64,000 bases of DNA. Origin: Magallana gigas (lineage: Eukaryota). The notes under the pieces are model-generated. The model was not told the DNA's origin, ran no database searches, and saw only the letters and a list, made by a program, of their open reading frames with translations. The position numbers and the translations under genes were made by a program. This document shows positions 62,380 through 64,000 of the stretch, in pieces. Positions within the stretch are counted from its first letter, which is position 1. Every line of letters begins with the position of its first letter. The stretch covers positions 5,332,001 through 5,396,000 of the forward strand of contig NC_088855.1 in the NCBI RefSeq assembly GCF_963853765.1, written 5' to 3'.

Positions 62380-64000
62380 CACATCATAATTATATTACTT
62401 TTAGCACTGTATATTATTAATGCTTTCGTCACTTTTAATACTTTTATTAGTTCATTTTCTATTGTAAATTAACGATTGAATGATTTACATTAATTCAAAT
62501 CATTTATTAACCTACATAAATTAAATCTTTATTTCCTCTCAAACGAGATTGCATGAATATTACATTTCATATAAATTGCGTATTTTGTACCTTAAAATGG
62601 TCGTACTAGCTACTGTTAATCAGGGAGTTTACATATGTACATATTTAATGTAAAATTTCTCGGCCATTTGCAATTAACACAATAGTTCGAAACTACTTTT
62701 TCTCCTAAAATCATTTTATTTTTTTTATTTTTTAAGAATATTTTGTTCTATTAAACAATCTATCTTTGTATATATCATGAAAAATATCTTCCGAAAGTTT
62801 TACTTTTACATTGTTTTTAATGTAGCCATTTCGACGAATACTTTTTGCATTACTTAGTATGTATATAGCTTTCAGAATTGCATATAACGCCATGTGCTTT
62901 TAAGAAATTGTAACTTGAAATTTTCTAATTTTACTAGAAAAGTAAACTGCGGCATCAGACAATGACTGATTTACAATTATTATATTATTGATAATTAAGC
63001 CTTGGACCTCAGGCCTCAATTAAGATCATGTTGTATAGAGATCAAACGTGTACAACTTGTTATGCCGTTAAATTCCAGTTTCTTTGGATGCCTCGATTGA
63101 AAACTGATGAAAAGAGAAATGTTGGTGTCTTGCTTGGTTTGTCTCCTTTAAAATAAAACGTACATCTACTCTGATCAGAATTATTTAAAAGGTAGATATT
63201 CATTAAGTCCAAAACCAAGGGCAAAATACGTATACGTACAACCAGGTGCAAAGGGGTGAACCCGGGGGGGGGGGGGTGTCTAGCTAGCCCCCTCTCTCCC
63301 CCTCCCCCCCCCCCCCCCCCCCGCTTCATTTTTGGCACAAAGTTAACTTTATACATAACCATAACCATGCAAAGACCTTTTTTATTGTTTGTCAAGATTT
63401 TTTATATAAAAGTCTCACCCAACCCCCAATTTCAATTTGCTTCTGACGCTATTGAGGTGCCAAAGTAAGCCATCTTTTCTTTTCCCTACATGTACATATA
63501 TAAATGTATTTCACTGAAAATCAAATGTTAAAATAAACAGCATCACATTAGTCTAGACCGATTTTTAACAATCTTAATTGATCAACACGGAATTTCCTAT
63601 GCTTCTTCAGCATACACCAACCCTCCATTTTTGTGATATTATGTGTTCACAATCCAAAGTAAGAATTTTCGCCTTGCAAACTGCAAAGGATACAGTTATA
63701 TAGTATTGCAGCGCAAAAATTTTATTTCAATGTTGTGTTTGGTATACTATTTTTTTTTAATGAAATCAAATGCAATCTGCATTCATCAATTCAAATACCT
63801 TCAAAATCTGACAAAATCTTTGAAATATAACGTATTTTCCAATAAAATATATAAGCCTAAACAAGTTTAATTGTACAACATTGTTCTTATTAATACAATT
63901 CAGTTATATACGAATCAGATTCGGTACAAATTGTTTAAATCGTGAAATATCTAAAATCAGAAGAAAGACGGGACGATTCTTTTCCCCGGTAGTATCATGC

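Overview
AT-rich eukaryotic (metazoan) genomic DNA. The repeat landscape (HINE/Helentron-like elements with GTCY microsatellites and ~146-bp internal repeats, many short TIR MITEs) suggests a bivalve such as an oyster; this is an inference. I manually assembled eight spliced protein-coding genes and checked splice phases: (1) a 6-exon, ~184-aa secreted-looking Cys-rich protein on - (1399-4585), mostly missed by the ORF track; (2) TMEM208 (+); (3) CEP72 (-); (4) TTC5 (+); (5) AIRIM/C1orf109 (+); (6) an unnamed single-CAP-Gly protein (-); (7) ATP9B-type P4-ATPase (+, 26 exons); (8) a Pro/Gly/Tyr-rich low-complexity protein (-, possibly FAM168-like). Highlights: two U12-type (minor spliceosome) GT-AG introns in CEP72 and AIRIM; a ~0.9-kb minisatellite in an ATP9B intron whose unit copies the 3' splice site itself (~24 decoy acceptors ahead of the real one); several nested transposon insertions with readable TSDs; a perfect 95-bp hairpin MITE with a 9-bp TSD; and two compact head-to-head gene pairs. 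No rRNA, intact tRNA or CRISPR array was recognised. Family assignments come from recalled sequence motifs, not database searches.
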